A stretch of DNA of 64,000 nucleotides from Eledone cirrhosa (taxonomy: Eukaryota): positions 127,596,001 to 127,660,000 of the forward strand of contig OZ024743.1 in the NCBI GenBank assembly GCA_964016885.1, written 5' to 3'. The position numbers and the translations under genes were made by a program. Of the stretch, positions 25,686 through 40,269 are shown in pieces; position 1 is the first letter of the stretch; the number at the start of each line of letters is the position of its first letter. The notes beneath the pieces are model-generated. The model saw only the letters and a program-made list of their open reading frames with translations, did not search any database and was not told the origin of the DNA.

Positions 25686-25804
25686 GTTCCGATGAGCTGC
25701 TCTATTTTTACCTATGTTAATTATTTTCAACTGAACCAGATCAATAATGATCTATAATCATTTGATCCAGAAATATTATATGGAGTAGTGAAACAATTGT
25801 AAAC
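25686..25804 (+). ncRNA. Type I hammerhead (CCGATGA core, long stem II loop); mirror copy 23232-23350 (-)
   Basis: gtt-CCGATGA-GCTGCTC...GAGTAGT-GAAA-CAATT-GTA-aac; palindromic stem III ACAATTGT; stem I only 3 bp. Confidence 0.7.
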
Positions 25805-25814
25805 GGATATTATT

Positions 25815-25922
25815 CGCCGAGGTTAACTTTGCCTTTCATCCTTACGGGGTCGATAAAATAAAGTACCAGTAATACACTGGATAATTGCTGGCCTTGTGCC
25901 AAAAGTAGAAACAATTATTATT
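25815..25922 (+). mobile_element. 5'-truncated SINE in an (ATT)n tract
   Basis: Matches the SINE 3' half; absent from the opposite arm. Confidence 0.9.
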
Positions 25923-26034
25923 AATATTATTATTATTATTATTCTCTACATTGCTTACATCAAACTAAAATATGTTGACAATCTTTTAATAATGTCTTCC
26001 TTGTGAAATTTGTGGTCTTGTTTTGCTTAACTAA

Positions 26035-28170
<2,136 letters not shown>

Positions 28171-28289
28171 TATATATATATATATATATATATATAACAA
28201 CTGAATGAAGATTAACACGGATAAGCGATACAATAGGGTTTTATTCCAAGCATTAACATATGTTCCGTTGCCTGTTTCGTTTACTCTGA

Positions 28290-28365
<76 letters not shown>

Positions 28366-28370
<5 letters not shown>

Positions 28371-28540
28371 CAGAAATGGCTTCTACAGGACTAGAACTGT
28401 TTCATTTGAAGGAAATAATCAGGAAAGCTCTGATGATTTCCTTTGAATGAAACAATTCTAATCCTGTAGAAACCATTTCTATATTACACATTGTATATAC
28501 TCTACCTTACTTACTGTGGTTACCCCCAATTGAACCTGGG

Positions 28541-28541
<1 letters not shown>
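28366..28541 (+). mobile_element. Fold-back + tail element, family F
   Basis: ~55-bp arms, right arm has CTGATGA-tTTC..GAAt-GAAAC; tail TACCTTACTT.CTGTGGTTACCCCC then (CA)n; second copy at 45985-46168. Confidence 0.8.
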
Positions 28542-28575
<34 letters not shown>

Positions 28576-28737
28576 CAGACACAGACACAGACACACACAC
28601 ACACGCGCACGCACACACACACACGCACGCACACACACATACACACACACACATATATACTGTAACCGAAACTAACTTGATAAACTGTCAGTTTTTTTAA
28701 TGAACAAAACAATAGATATTGTGTATCTGGTCTCTGC

Positions 28738-30529
28738 TATATACCTTTCTCTGACATGGTACAGTCCACCTAGTACTGTAGTGTCTATAACCTACATACC
28801 TTTCTCTGACATGGTACAGTCCACCTAGTACTGTAGTGTCTATAACCGACATACCTCTCTCTGACATGGTACAGTCCACCTAGTATGGTAGTGTCTATAA
28901 TCTATATACCTTTCTCTGACATGGTACAGTCCACCTAGTACTGTAGTGTCTATAACCTACATACCTCTCTCTGACATGGTACAGTCCACCTAGTACTGTA
29001 GTGTCTATAACCTACATACCTTTCTCTGACATGCTACAGTCCACCTAGTACTGTAGTGTCTATAACCTACATACCTCTCTCTGACATGGTACAGTCCAGC
29101 TAGTACTGTAGTGTCTATAACCGACATACCTCTCTCTGACATGGTACAGTCCACCTAGTATGGTAGTGTCTATAATCTATATACCTTTCTCTGACATGGT
29201 ACAGTCCACCTAGTACTGTAGTGTCTATAACCTACATACCTCTCTCTGACATGGTACAGTCCAGCTAGTACTGTAGTGTCTATAACCTATATACCTTTCT
29301 CTGACATGGTACAGTCCACCTAGTACTGTAGTGTCTATAACCTACATACCTTTCTCTGACATGGTACAGTCCACCTAGTACTGTAGTGTCTATAACCTAC
29401 ATACCTCTCTCTGACATGGTACAGTCCAGCTAGTACTGTAGTGTCTATAACCGACATACCTCTCTCTGACATGGTACAGTCCACCTAGTATGGTAGTGTC
29501 TATAATCTATATACCTTTCTCTGACATGGTACAGTCCACCTAGCACTGTAGTGTCTATAACCTATATACCTTTCTCTGACATGGTACAGTCCACCTAGTA
29601 CTGTAGTGTCTATAACCGACATACCTCTCTCTGACATGGTATAGTCCACCTAGTATGGTAGTGTCTATAACCTATATACCTTTCTCTGACATGGTACAGT
29701 CCACCTAGTACTGTAGTCTCTATAACCTACATACCTCTCTCTGACATGGTACAGTCCACCTAGTACTGTAGTGTCTATAACCGACATACCTCTCTCTGAC
29801 ATGGTATAGTCCACCTAGTACTGTAGTGTCTATAACCTACATACTTCTCTCTGACATGGTACAGTCCACCTAGTACTGTAGTGTCTATAACCTACATACC
29901 TCTCTCTGACATGGTACAGTCCACCTAGTACTGTAGTCTCTATAACCTACATACCTCTCTCTGACATGGTACAGTCCACCTAGTATGGTAGTGTCTATAA
30001 CCTACATACCTCTCTCTGACATGGTACAGTCCAGCTAGTACTGTAGTGTCTATAACCTACATACCTTTCTCTGACATGGTACAGTCCACCTAATATGGTA
30101 GTGTCTATAACCTACATACCTTTCTCTGACATGGTACAGTCCACCTAGTACTGTAGTGTCTATAACCTACATACCTCTCTCTGGCATGGTATAGTCCACC
30201 TAGTACTGTAGTGTCTATAACCTATATACCTTTCTCTGACATAGTACAGTCCACCTAGTACTGTAGTGTCTATAACCGACATACCTCTCTCTGACATGGT
30301 ACAGTCCACCTAGTATGGTAGTGTCTATAATCTATATACCTTTCTCTGACATGGTACAGTCCAGCTAGTACTGTAGTGTCTATAACCGACATACCTCTCT
30401 CTGACATGGTATAGTCCACCTAGTATGGTAGTGTCTATAACCTATATACCTTTCTCTGACATGGTACAGTCCACCTAATATGGTAGTGTCTATAACCTAC
30501 ATACCTCTCTCTCTGACATGGTACAGTCC
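28738..30529. repeat. Homogeneous minisatellite, 55-bp unit, ~32 copies
   Basis: CTGACATGGTACAGTCCACCTAGTACTGTAGTGTCTATAACCTACATACCTCTCT at 28751, 28806, 28861... Confidence 0.97.
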
Positions 30530-30799
30530 ATCATGTAATAACACTGCATGATTGATGACAGATTTGTTTTGGAATATGTGACATGGCATTGGACAGGTTC
30601 AATCTATGCTGACGTGCCTCTGATTCCTCTTACACCAGGAGGAATAATTTCTTGAAGTGGTGCCAATGAATTGCTCTTTCAATTTTTTTAGTTTCTTTCT
30701 TTCTGTTTGGTCCAGGTGAGAGGCCTCAATTAGTGGCATGTTTTGGGCACTAAGTGTGTATGTGACTCCATCATTCCATTTAAGAGCCAACAAGTTGCT

Positions 30800-31139
30800 T
30801 CCAATTCAGTTTGTTTAATTTATTTTTGTTTTGGTCCAGGCACTTCTATTAGGAAGGTGTTGCAGGGAAACGAAGTTGGGGATTAGTCACTAGGCAAAAG
30901 GCCTGTATTACTGTTATGCTGCTAATGTGGCTGAGGAGTGGGTCAGCAACTCCCTCAACCCACTTCAGAGTCAATATGTTGCTTCCAATTTCGTCAAAAT
31001 ATTTTTCTATCTCAATATGGAATGTTTTGAAGACATTGTGGTTTTAAAACCAAAAGAAATGTTGAACTGTTTCAGCAAAATAAACTTCTGGGAAATTAGG
31101 TTTTAGTTCAATCCTTAAATTTTTCTTCATTTTCATCAT
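30800..31139 (-). other. Probable terminal (3' UTR) exon of the host gene; 3' end uncertain
   Basis: Strong acceptor TTTTTTTTTTCTCTAG| ending at 31140; AATAAA on the minus strand near 30820. Confidence 0.5.
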
Positions 31140-31271
31140 CTAGAGAAAAAAAAAAGATGAGAAATTACTATCATCATCATCATCACTATCACCATCATCA
31201 TCATCCTTAATATAATGTTCATCGTCATCATCATCACAACCTTTATTGTCTTCATTATTATTAGTTCAACA

Positions 31272-31460
31272 AGGGCGGTGGATTGGCAGTATCGGTAGTG
31301 GGTCGGATGCCATGCTTTCCAGCATAGTTACGTCCCTTTACGATCTGAGTTCAAATCCCGCCGAGGTTGACTTTGCCTTTCATCCTTACGGGGTCGATAA
31401 AATAAAGTACCAGTAATGCACTGGGTAATTGCTGGCCTTGTGCCTAAAGTAGAAACAATT
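31272..31460 (+). mobile_element. tRNA-derived SINE, full length with TSD
   Basis: A/B boxes; ATTATTATTAGTTCAACA at 31254-31271 and 31458-31475. Confidence 0.93.
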
Positions 31461-32415
31461 ATTATTAGTTCAACAGTTTCATGCAATCTACTGCCTTAAC
31501 CAGGTGATCAAATGGCCACGCTCTGATATGTCAGTCTTGAATACAGTCTGAAGGAAAAAAGGCAGGCTGGCCACAACTAGAATGTCTTTGACTATATATT
31601 TGCTAAATCATGGCTGATCTGGGGTTAAACAACAGCAACACCAACCCTTTTGAGAGCAAACTACCTGAAACCATCCCATAGTTTTATGATGCAAAATTGT
31701 TTATTTGAAAGTGTTTATATTTATCTAAAAACCTTCCATCATAACTTAATGTAAGAAACTTTGTTAAATTATATTCCAAATACCAACTTAATAATAAGAA
31801 ACTTAGTTATATTACTAAATCCCTCCAAATTCTTTATTATTTCAAAATTATTTGAAAATAATAGGCAGAGTCTCTCAAAAATATGCCAACAAAAATGTTA
31901 AAGTATTTATATTTATCTGAAACCTTCTATCATAATTTTATGTAAGAATCTTTGTTATGTTCTAAACACAAGCTTAATAATGAGAAAGTTAGTTATATTA
32001 CTAAATTCCTTCAAATTATTAATTATTTAAAGAATTATTTGAAAATCATAGGCTGTGTCTTTCATTAGAAATGTGATAATGAGAGGGTTAAAGTTACTTA
32101 AAGAATATTTTTCATCTGAAATCTATACAATAGCAGCTTCGAAGCAGGTCTAGGCTAAAATACACAGTTCTGGTAAATGTGTTTATATTTATCTAAAACA
32201 TTTTCAACATAATTTGTTAAATTATGTTCCAAACACCAGCTTAATAATGAGAAAATGAGTTATATTACTAAATTACTTCCAATTATCAGTTATTTTCAAA
32301 TTTTCAACATTTTTAAACATCACAGGCCATGTATTTCGAAATGGTTAACACTTAAAGAAACATTAACATGTTTAAGAATGAGATTTCCTTACCATTTCTG
32401 TGTTTACATCTAAGT

Positions 32416-32458
32416 TCAGATTCCTTTCCTGCTTGCCTTTAACATTTTGTATTTGTTA
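32416..32458 (-). CDS. Host gene last coding exon (exon 32393-32458): (N)NKYKMLKASRKGI*
   Basis: Acceptor TTTTCTTTGTAG|, donor ATG|GTAAGG; phase matches the preceding exon. Confidence 0.6.
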
Positions 32459-33112
32459 CTACAAAGAAAACATTGAGATTAAGCAGTCTATCTGCAGATA
32501 TCGATATTTCTGCCTCTATGCATCTTCAACATAGTACAATCAGTAGAAATTTAAGGATTGAAATGCTCATAAGAAAAGTTGAAAAGAAGAGAAGACAAAA
32601 AAAAGGAAATGATTTGATAGGAAATTCTAGATAGGGTGGAAAACTAACTGATTATGTTGAATGCTTGGTTACTAATCTGATTATTGTCTATTTTTCCTTC
32701 TATAATTTTCTGGGTGAATTATGAACACGTATAATTTGTATATTTAGGAATTAGATGTAGCAAGTTGAGATATGCTGAAGAAGCCCACAGACAGAAATAT
32801 CAACTGTTTAATCTATATAAAGTTATTGAATTTGATAATTTCTTTATTGATAATTTCTTTTACTGAGATAATTTCATAGTAAAAGTAATTCAAAGTAAAA
32901 AATTCATCTGTAGAATCACATTTAGAATATTTCATACTGTTTTACTGGCTACAGTCATTAGAATGTGACCATACTAAGCACCACCTTGAAGGGCTTTAGT
33001 TAATCATATCGACCCAGTACTTATTTTAAGTCTTGTACTTATTTCATTGATTTTTATTTGTAGAATGGTTAAGTTCATCCTCATCTTCTTCTGAATCATT
33101 ATTTTACATCAC

Positions 33113-33300
33113 AAGGGGCGGTGGATTGGCAGTATCGGTAGAGGGTCGGACGCCATGCTTTCCAGCATAGTTACGTCCCTTTACGATCTGAGTTCAAATC
33201 CCGCCGAGGTTGACTTTGCCTTTCATCCTTACGGGGTCGATAAAATAAAGTACCAGTAATGCACTGGGTAATTGCTGGCCTTGTGCCTAAAGTAGAAACA
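33113..33300 (+). mobile_element. Young SINE with 15-bp TSD
   Basis: ATTATTTTACATCAC at 33098-33112 and 33301-33315; nearly identical to the 31272 copy. Confidence 0.93.
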
Positions 33301-33336
33301 ATTATTTTACATCACTATCCATGCCATGCATCAGAG

Positions 33337-33536
33337 ATGTGGATTGGCAGAATTGGTTGAGCGTCAGACACTATGCTTCGCAGCATAGTTGCATCCCTTT
33401 ATGTTTTGAGTTCAAATCCCATCGAGGTTGACTTTGCCTTTCATCCTTACAGGGTCGATAAAATAAAGCCCCAGTAATGGGGTCAATTTAATTGGCTCCC
33501 CCACCCCATTGCTGCCCTTGTGCCTATAGTAGAAGC
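33337..33536 (+). mobile_element. Older SINE copy
   Basis: Diverged A/B boxes and body; followed by a third copy of the target sequence. Confidence 0.88.
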
Positions 33537-33746
33537 ATTATTTTACATCACTATCCATGCTGGCATGGGTTGGATGGGTTGTCATGGTCAGGTTGGAGTG
33601 ATCTCATCTTCCTCATATGTTCCATATTTGTTATAGTTTTTATGTCTTGCGCCTTTTCTAATACCAACCAATTTACAGAATTATATTAATAAGTTATATT
33701 GCTAAATTTCTCCAAATTCCTGATTATTTTCAAAATTATTTGAAAA

Positions 33747-33807
<61 letters not shown>

Positions 33808-33927
33808 ACTCTCTCTCTCTCTCTGTCTCTCTCTCTGCACTGGTGACCACTTTGTAGAAATGATAAGGAGATTAACTATTGAAGTTTTGCAGTTCCTGAA
33901 AACTGAATAGATCAAACATATGCTTAC

Positions 33928-34018
33928 TTTTCTGCTGCAATCTCTCGTCGCTTCTTTATTATTTCTATAATCATTAATAATAACAATACTCCAAGAATAA
34001 TTAAACAGAGTACCACAT
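33928..34018 (-). CDS. Host gene exon encoding a transmembrane helix and basic stop-transfer motif: (Y)VVLCLIILGVLLLLMIIEIIKKRREIAAE
   Basis: Acceptor TTTAATATATTTTTCAG|, donor AAA|GTAAGC; 91 nt; hydrophobic run then KKRR. Confidence 0.75.
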
Positions 34019-34344
34019 CTGAAAAATATATTAAAACAAAGATTATTATTCAAAACAAGCTAAAACTCACTAATTTAAGGGAAGGGAGCAATTAATCATA
34101 TCAACCCCAGTATTTAAATGGTACTCGAATTTATCAACACCAGAAGGAAGAAATGCTATCTTACCCTGAACAGAAATGAACTGAGAACATAAAAAACTGG
34201 AACAAATACTACAAAGCATTTATCTGATGTTTTAATGATTCTAGTAAGCCACCTCGACAACAACAACAATAAAAAAAACAAAAAAAACAACAACACAGAA
34301 ATATATAAATTGGTGACTTTCTGACCCTAAGTATGTATAATAAT

Positions 34345-37300
34345 GATTATTAAAAATATTGTGTATAGTGCTCAGGTGCACTACAACACATCAAAGGTGC
34401 ATGTATAGTACATAGAATAATGTACAAATGTCAGGAAAGTGAACAGTGTATGAGTCATGATATACACACAGACACACACACATGCGTGCATGTGTAAGGA
34501 GTGGGAATATCAGGTGTAGTGTTAGCGAATTTTGAGAAGCATGGAAGTTTTAAAGGATGCAGTGTCCCACAGCTAACAGGTAGTTTCATGCTTCAGCAAC
34601 TCTGAGCGTGAAAAAACGTTTCTAAATGTCATGGGAGCTGTACTGTTTTCTGATTTTGTAAACATGTCAATGGGTGTTAGACATATGGAATTCAAAAAGG
34701 TGCTCAGGGTTGTTGTTGGAAAGATGGTTAATAATCTTGTGGGTATTTACCAAGTCAGTTGTCAGACGTTGGTGCTTTAATGTATCTATGCCCAGGGAAG
34801 CAAGGCATTCAGAGTATGGCAGATGCCTGATGGAGGGTATTTGTTTGGTTGTTTATCTCTGAACAGTTTCCAGGAGATCAATATTCTGAGCAAGATAGGG
34901 GTTCCAGACTGGTGATGCAAATTCTAAGTGTGAACGCACCATAGCTATATACAGCTTTAAATAGATTGCTGGAGAGTGGCTCACAAAGGTCTTGCTGAGT
35001 GATGCTAAGACACTCTCGGCCTTCTTGATAATTTTAGATGTGCTTTGTCCAACACAAATCACTGTTGATAATAATGTCCAGGTCACATTCACAAGAAGAC
35101 TTCTTGAGATTGGTGGTGTGGAGGGAGTATGTGAATGCTGGGTTCTTCTTCTAAAAATGCATGGTGATACACTTGTCCACAACCAGCTTAAGTTGCCAGT
35201 TCATAATCACTGCTGCATTGTGTCCAGGTCTAATTGCAGTAAAGATCTATAACATACAGGATCTGTTCTTTTTATCTCAAGGTATAGCTTGATGATAACT
35301 GCATATTTCAGTACTGTGGCATTCTTTAAGTCGGCATCTATGTCATTAATATATGCAACAAACAAAAGGGGACCAAGAACAGATCTCTGTGGTACACCAT
35401 ATGTCATCTCATAGGGTGAAGAATGCTGTCCTAGAATCGTGACTGAGAATGAAGGACTTCAACCAGTTATAAAGATCATCTCTCAAACCCATTGCAGAGA
35501 GTTTTGCCATAAGTCTTTTGTGTGGCACAGAATTAAAAACAACCACCGATGAGCTGCTATCAGTGATTTGGGGCATGTCTTCAAGAAACTTGATGAGTTG
35601 ATCATAGCAGCTGAAGTCAGAGAGATAAGGCTGTGAGAGTTCCAGAGTGTTTCTCTGACACAAGATTCCATCAGTTTGGTGATACAGCTAGTAAGACTAA
35701 CTGAATGATAGTTGACAGGTGATGTGCGATCACCCTTTTTGAATAGAGGAATGACACTGGCAGTTTTCCTCTGCTCTGGAGTAACACCGTTGTTAAGACA
35801 GAATTGAAAGAAGAGTGAAAGCTGGTGCAGAAGAAAGTACCACATTTGAGGAGCAGGTACATAACGCCATCAAGACCAGGAGAGGCATAGTTGTGCTTAT
35901 TCTTAAGGTGGCATTGCAGCACTGCAGTTGTAAATTCCATAGATGCTATAGAATTTTATGTCAGAGGTGGTGGAGATGGTATATTTTGATTTTCAACAGT
36001 AGAAATGTTTGCATAGCATTCAGCAATAAGTTCTGTGCATTCTTTGTGAATCTCTGCTTTGAATGTACATATTTCCGGAACACTGTCAGGATTGGTTGCT
36101 ATACACTGTTCAAATTCAAGCACTGCCTTGAGATGGTTAGATGATCTATTGTGCTTTTTTCTATTAACCTCTGATCTATGTATTCTGTATTCCTGTTCAG
36201 CATCACAACATTCTTTCCTGGTAAGTCGGACTGCTGCAGCCTACCAAATTGCACTTTTGGGATGTTTTTGTGCTTACATGGTACTGATGCTGAACATGCT
36301 GTCCATATTGAATTCAGGATGTTCTGAAGCATAGTATTCATATCTCCCGAGTAGTTCAGTGCAGTAAGAATTCCAGTCTACTTTATTCCAGTCAAAGTGA
36401 GCAGTTTGGAAATGGTTGTAGTTTTTGTTACTGATTGACAATGATCATACCATGATCAGAGTCACCTAAAGGTACCTCAGTAGTGACACTAATAACCGTT
36501 TCAGGAGTAGTAGTAAAGAGCAGATCCAAAGTGTTGTTACCTCTTGTTGGGGAGGTGACTACTTGGGACCAGTTCGAGTCCAGCACTAGCTCAAGGAACT
36601 CATTTGCCTTTGACAGCCAACTATCTTAGGTTAATTGAAGTCAACTGCAATGAAAACATAAGTGGCTGCTTTCTAGGCAGCAATTCTGAGGATATCAAAA
36701 ATCTGTGTGTCTTGATGGTAATTGTGAGGGGGGGGGGGTAAACAACTCCAAGTAGAAGTGTTGACATGGTCATATGTATATTGTAGAAAAATACTTCTTG
36801 TTATAATTGGTTCAAATCATCACAAGGAATTGTTGAAGAGTTTTAACAAACATAAACCATCACACCACCACCACAATGATTAATGTGGTCTTTGCAAAAC
36901 AAGTTGTAACCATCTATGCTAAAACACCATTGCAGAGTAAAGAATGCGTCCATGTTTCCGCGACTCTAATGAAATGGGAGTTGATACTTTTGACGTAAGA
37001 ATCAAAAAGATGGATCTTGTTGCATAAACTACAAGCATTTAAGGACAATAATTTTTATTTGGATTTCAGCTTATGATGATATATAGGGGATGGCAGGTTG
37101 TTCTTGGTTAGTTTCTCACAGCTTTTTCATTGCCAGCTATATTGGGTACAATATGCTCAGACTAGCTGGTATACCTTTTCCATGTCTCACCAGATTTAAC
37201 AAATTTCCATATCTGCCTATCATCACATAGGCTAAAATGTTTATGTGGTGTTGAGTTATAATTTAAGGAAGCTACAGCATGTAGCTTTGGGCGTATATCA

Positions 37301-37600
37301 GGTGGTAAGCCAGAGCAAGTTCAAAAGGTAATTCGAGTTTCATGCCTAGCCTTAGAGGTTAAATGGTATGCATGTGCCTCAGTAAAGCTTGCAATTGACA
37401 GCCTAATTAGTCTGGGTTTGGGACCTGGTCGACCAAGATGGAGAGCATTCTTTGGAGGAACACTGTCTAGGTCCTTGGATAAGTTGCCAGCAAGTGCCTG
37501 AAGATCAGGTATGTCTTCTGATACACCAATGGCAATTACTTCTTGGTTGCCAGATTCAGTGACTTTCTCTATACGTCTAGATTCAGCAAGAGCTATGGGC
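34345..37600 (-). mobile_element. Decayed CR1-group LINE (endonuclease + RT)
   Basis: NTLDLLFTT, VIPLFKKGDR...NY, GVPQRSVLGPLLFVAYIND, VRSHLEFASPVWNP; many frameshifts. Confidence 0.85.
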
Positions 37601-40269
37601 AGAATTCTAAGCAGAAGAGAGAAGATATTTCTTTAGAAATGACAATTGGTTTTATCTGACACGAATCCAGTTTGTTTATATATTCCAGTTTTATCATCAT
37701 TACCATCATTATCCATTTTACATTTGTTTTTCCAAGCTTGCATGGGTTGTTCAGGTCTTTTCCAGCTCACTCTCTCTACCCATCTTGTGTTCCTTCATCA
37801 TATCCTCTATGAGGTTCATTGTTTTTAAATCTACTCACACCATCCCTGCTCAAGTCTTCCTTGGTCTTCTTCTACTGCAGCTCTCTTCCTCCTGATGTTC
37901 ATCATAAATATTCTTATACATATATTTTTATCTTTTCTGATTGATTAATTTATTGATGTTGTACTTCTTTGACATGATATGAGACTACATGTGATGAAAC
38001 TGAAGCTATTATATCATGGTTGAGTCATTTTAGTCATTAAAAACACACAAAAAAATGTTATATTAACTTTTCATTTATTTTGTGGTGTTAAAATTAACAT
38101 CACATTTCTACAGCCTGGTCACTGACACTATGAGATAAATGAAAAATGAATATAATAGTTTTTGTTTCATTGTCATCACCATAAATCCTCCCCCTTCCCC
38201 TCCTCATCATCATCAGCACAACCACCACCACCATCACCATCATCATCATCTAATGTCCTATTTCCTATGCTGTCATGGAGTGGACAAGTTGTCACAATTC
38301 GAGTCAGTACCTAGTCGGAGCTACTGTTTCCTCAAGTGGTTTGGGAGCTACATCTCACATACGTCCCAGTTTGGCTATGATTTCTAGAGCTGGGTGCCCT
38401 TCATATCACCAACCACTTTACTGGGTGCATTATATCATGGCACCAACACTAAGTGTATATGTTTTTTTAATGGCTAAAATGGTACCCAGACAATGTAATT
38501 GCTAATTTATAAATCACTCTGTATATAAAAGAAAAATGTATTTAGAAGTTCGTAATTCAATAGTGTATCAAATGTTTTCTTTACTAAGTTTAGTAAAGAC
38601 AGTTTTTTTTTAACTAGTAAGACAATTGGCTGTTTGCCCTCCAAATTAATATTCCAGGTGTAACCTTCCTATTAACCCTCCTATTAACCCGATTATTTTT
38701 GTTTCATAGCTGCGATACTAATGGCCAAATAGGAATGTTTTCTTGGAATACTTGACTACTATCCAGAAGTTCCTTGACACACAGTTAAATACTGGTTTAA
38801 GTGAAAATGTGTGGCCTAATATTTTGGGTGTTGAACTCATGCTCATAGAGTTATGAGTTCGATTTTTGGATGAGGTGTCACGTTGTTGTTCTTGAGAAAG
38901 ATGCCCTATTCCATATTGTTGCAGTCCACTGAGTTGTGGAAAGAAAAATGAGTCCCAATGGCAGCTTGGGTTTTAACACCTGTGATAGATTAACATCTAG
39001 TTCAGCATCTTGCTCATCACTAGCATTAAAACCTGAGAAACATCATCTGAAATATAACCTCATAGGAGGCCAGCTAAGCCTGCAAAGGTGTGAGCTGTAA
39101 CAACAATTTATAAAGGATATTTTTGTGAAGTGAAATGAGATTGTGTATCACTCATGCCTTTCACAATCACACTAGTGATACCAGAAACTGAGACCTGTTG
39201 CTGGTTTAACCCCAGGAAAGCCTCGATGGAACAGTTCTAACATATTACAGCTGTGACCATCCTGTCTTTTATTCAACCATAGTGTATCTAATACTACATA
39301 ATCCAATGTATCCTTCCCTTTTTAAGACAATAAGGTGTGATTCATGGAAGGTCAAATGAGGACTATATAGAGGCTCCTTTTTTAGATTGTTGAGGGAGAT
39401 TTGGTTACTATTTCAAGCAAATCGAATTACTACATAAATGTGTATTCATAGCTATGTAGTGATTATCGTTGTCAGTCCTGGTTGAGCGCACATTTAATCA
39501 AAGATCAGATTTGACTATCCTGTTATATTTATCAATGGTTGCATTATACACGTCGTTGTTCACGCTCATAACTAGTCTTCTATACAACAAGTTTTTTGTT
39601 GTTGTTTCATGCTGTTGCCATTAATAATGTTGTTTCTGTTGTTGATGTTGTTTTAGTGGTGGCATTGTTCTGACTGGTATTTAACAAAATACGTCACGTT
39701 TTGGTTTTAAACTTTAATATCAGTTGCTAGTTTTGTTGTTAGCAGTAGTATGGTTAGTTTCTGTTATTGTAGCAGTAACAGGAGTAGTGACAGTTCTGTC
39801 AGTGCTAGAGAATTGCTGTTATTGAAAGGCAGAGAGGATAGCGGCTGACTATATGGCAACTCTCCTCTCTTTTCTCCATTCTGTTCATTTTTTAGCCAAA
39901 TTTTACGATGCCATGACAGATTTTGAAATAAGAAATTTCTTCTTAAGTCCAAAGGTTAAAAATTCATTCTTTTTATAAATAGAAAATATATGACCATATA
40001 CACGATATTTGATAATTATTTCAGCAAATTAATGTAAACAACAACAATAATGATGATTTCTGATTTAGACACAAGGCCAACAATTTCAGTGAGAAGGGAA
40101 AGTCGATTAAATCAACCGCAGTATTTGATTGGCACTTTGTTTTATCACAAGTTAAGCTCATTGTGATTTGAACTGAACGTGTAAAGAACCGTAAGTAAAT
40201 ACTGAAAGGAATATATTTTCATTTCTGTCAGTGCTAGAGAATTGCTGTTATTGAAAGGCAGAGAGGATA

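Noticed and set aside
28738-30529. Regular array with internal palindrome resembling CRISPR
   Set aside because: No unique spacers, no cas genes, eukaryotic context; it is a 55-bp minisatellite.
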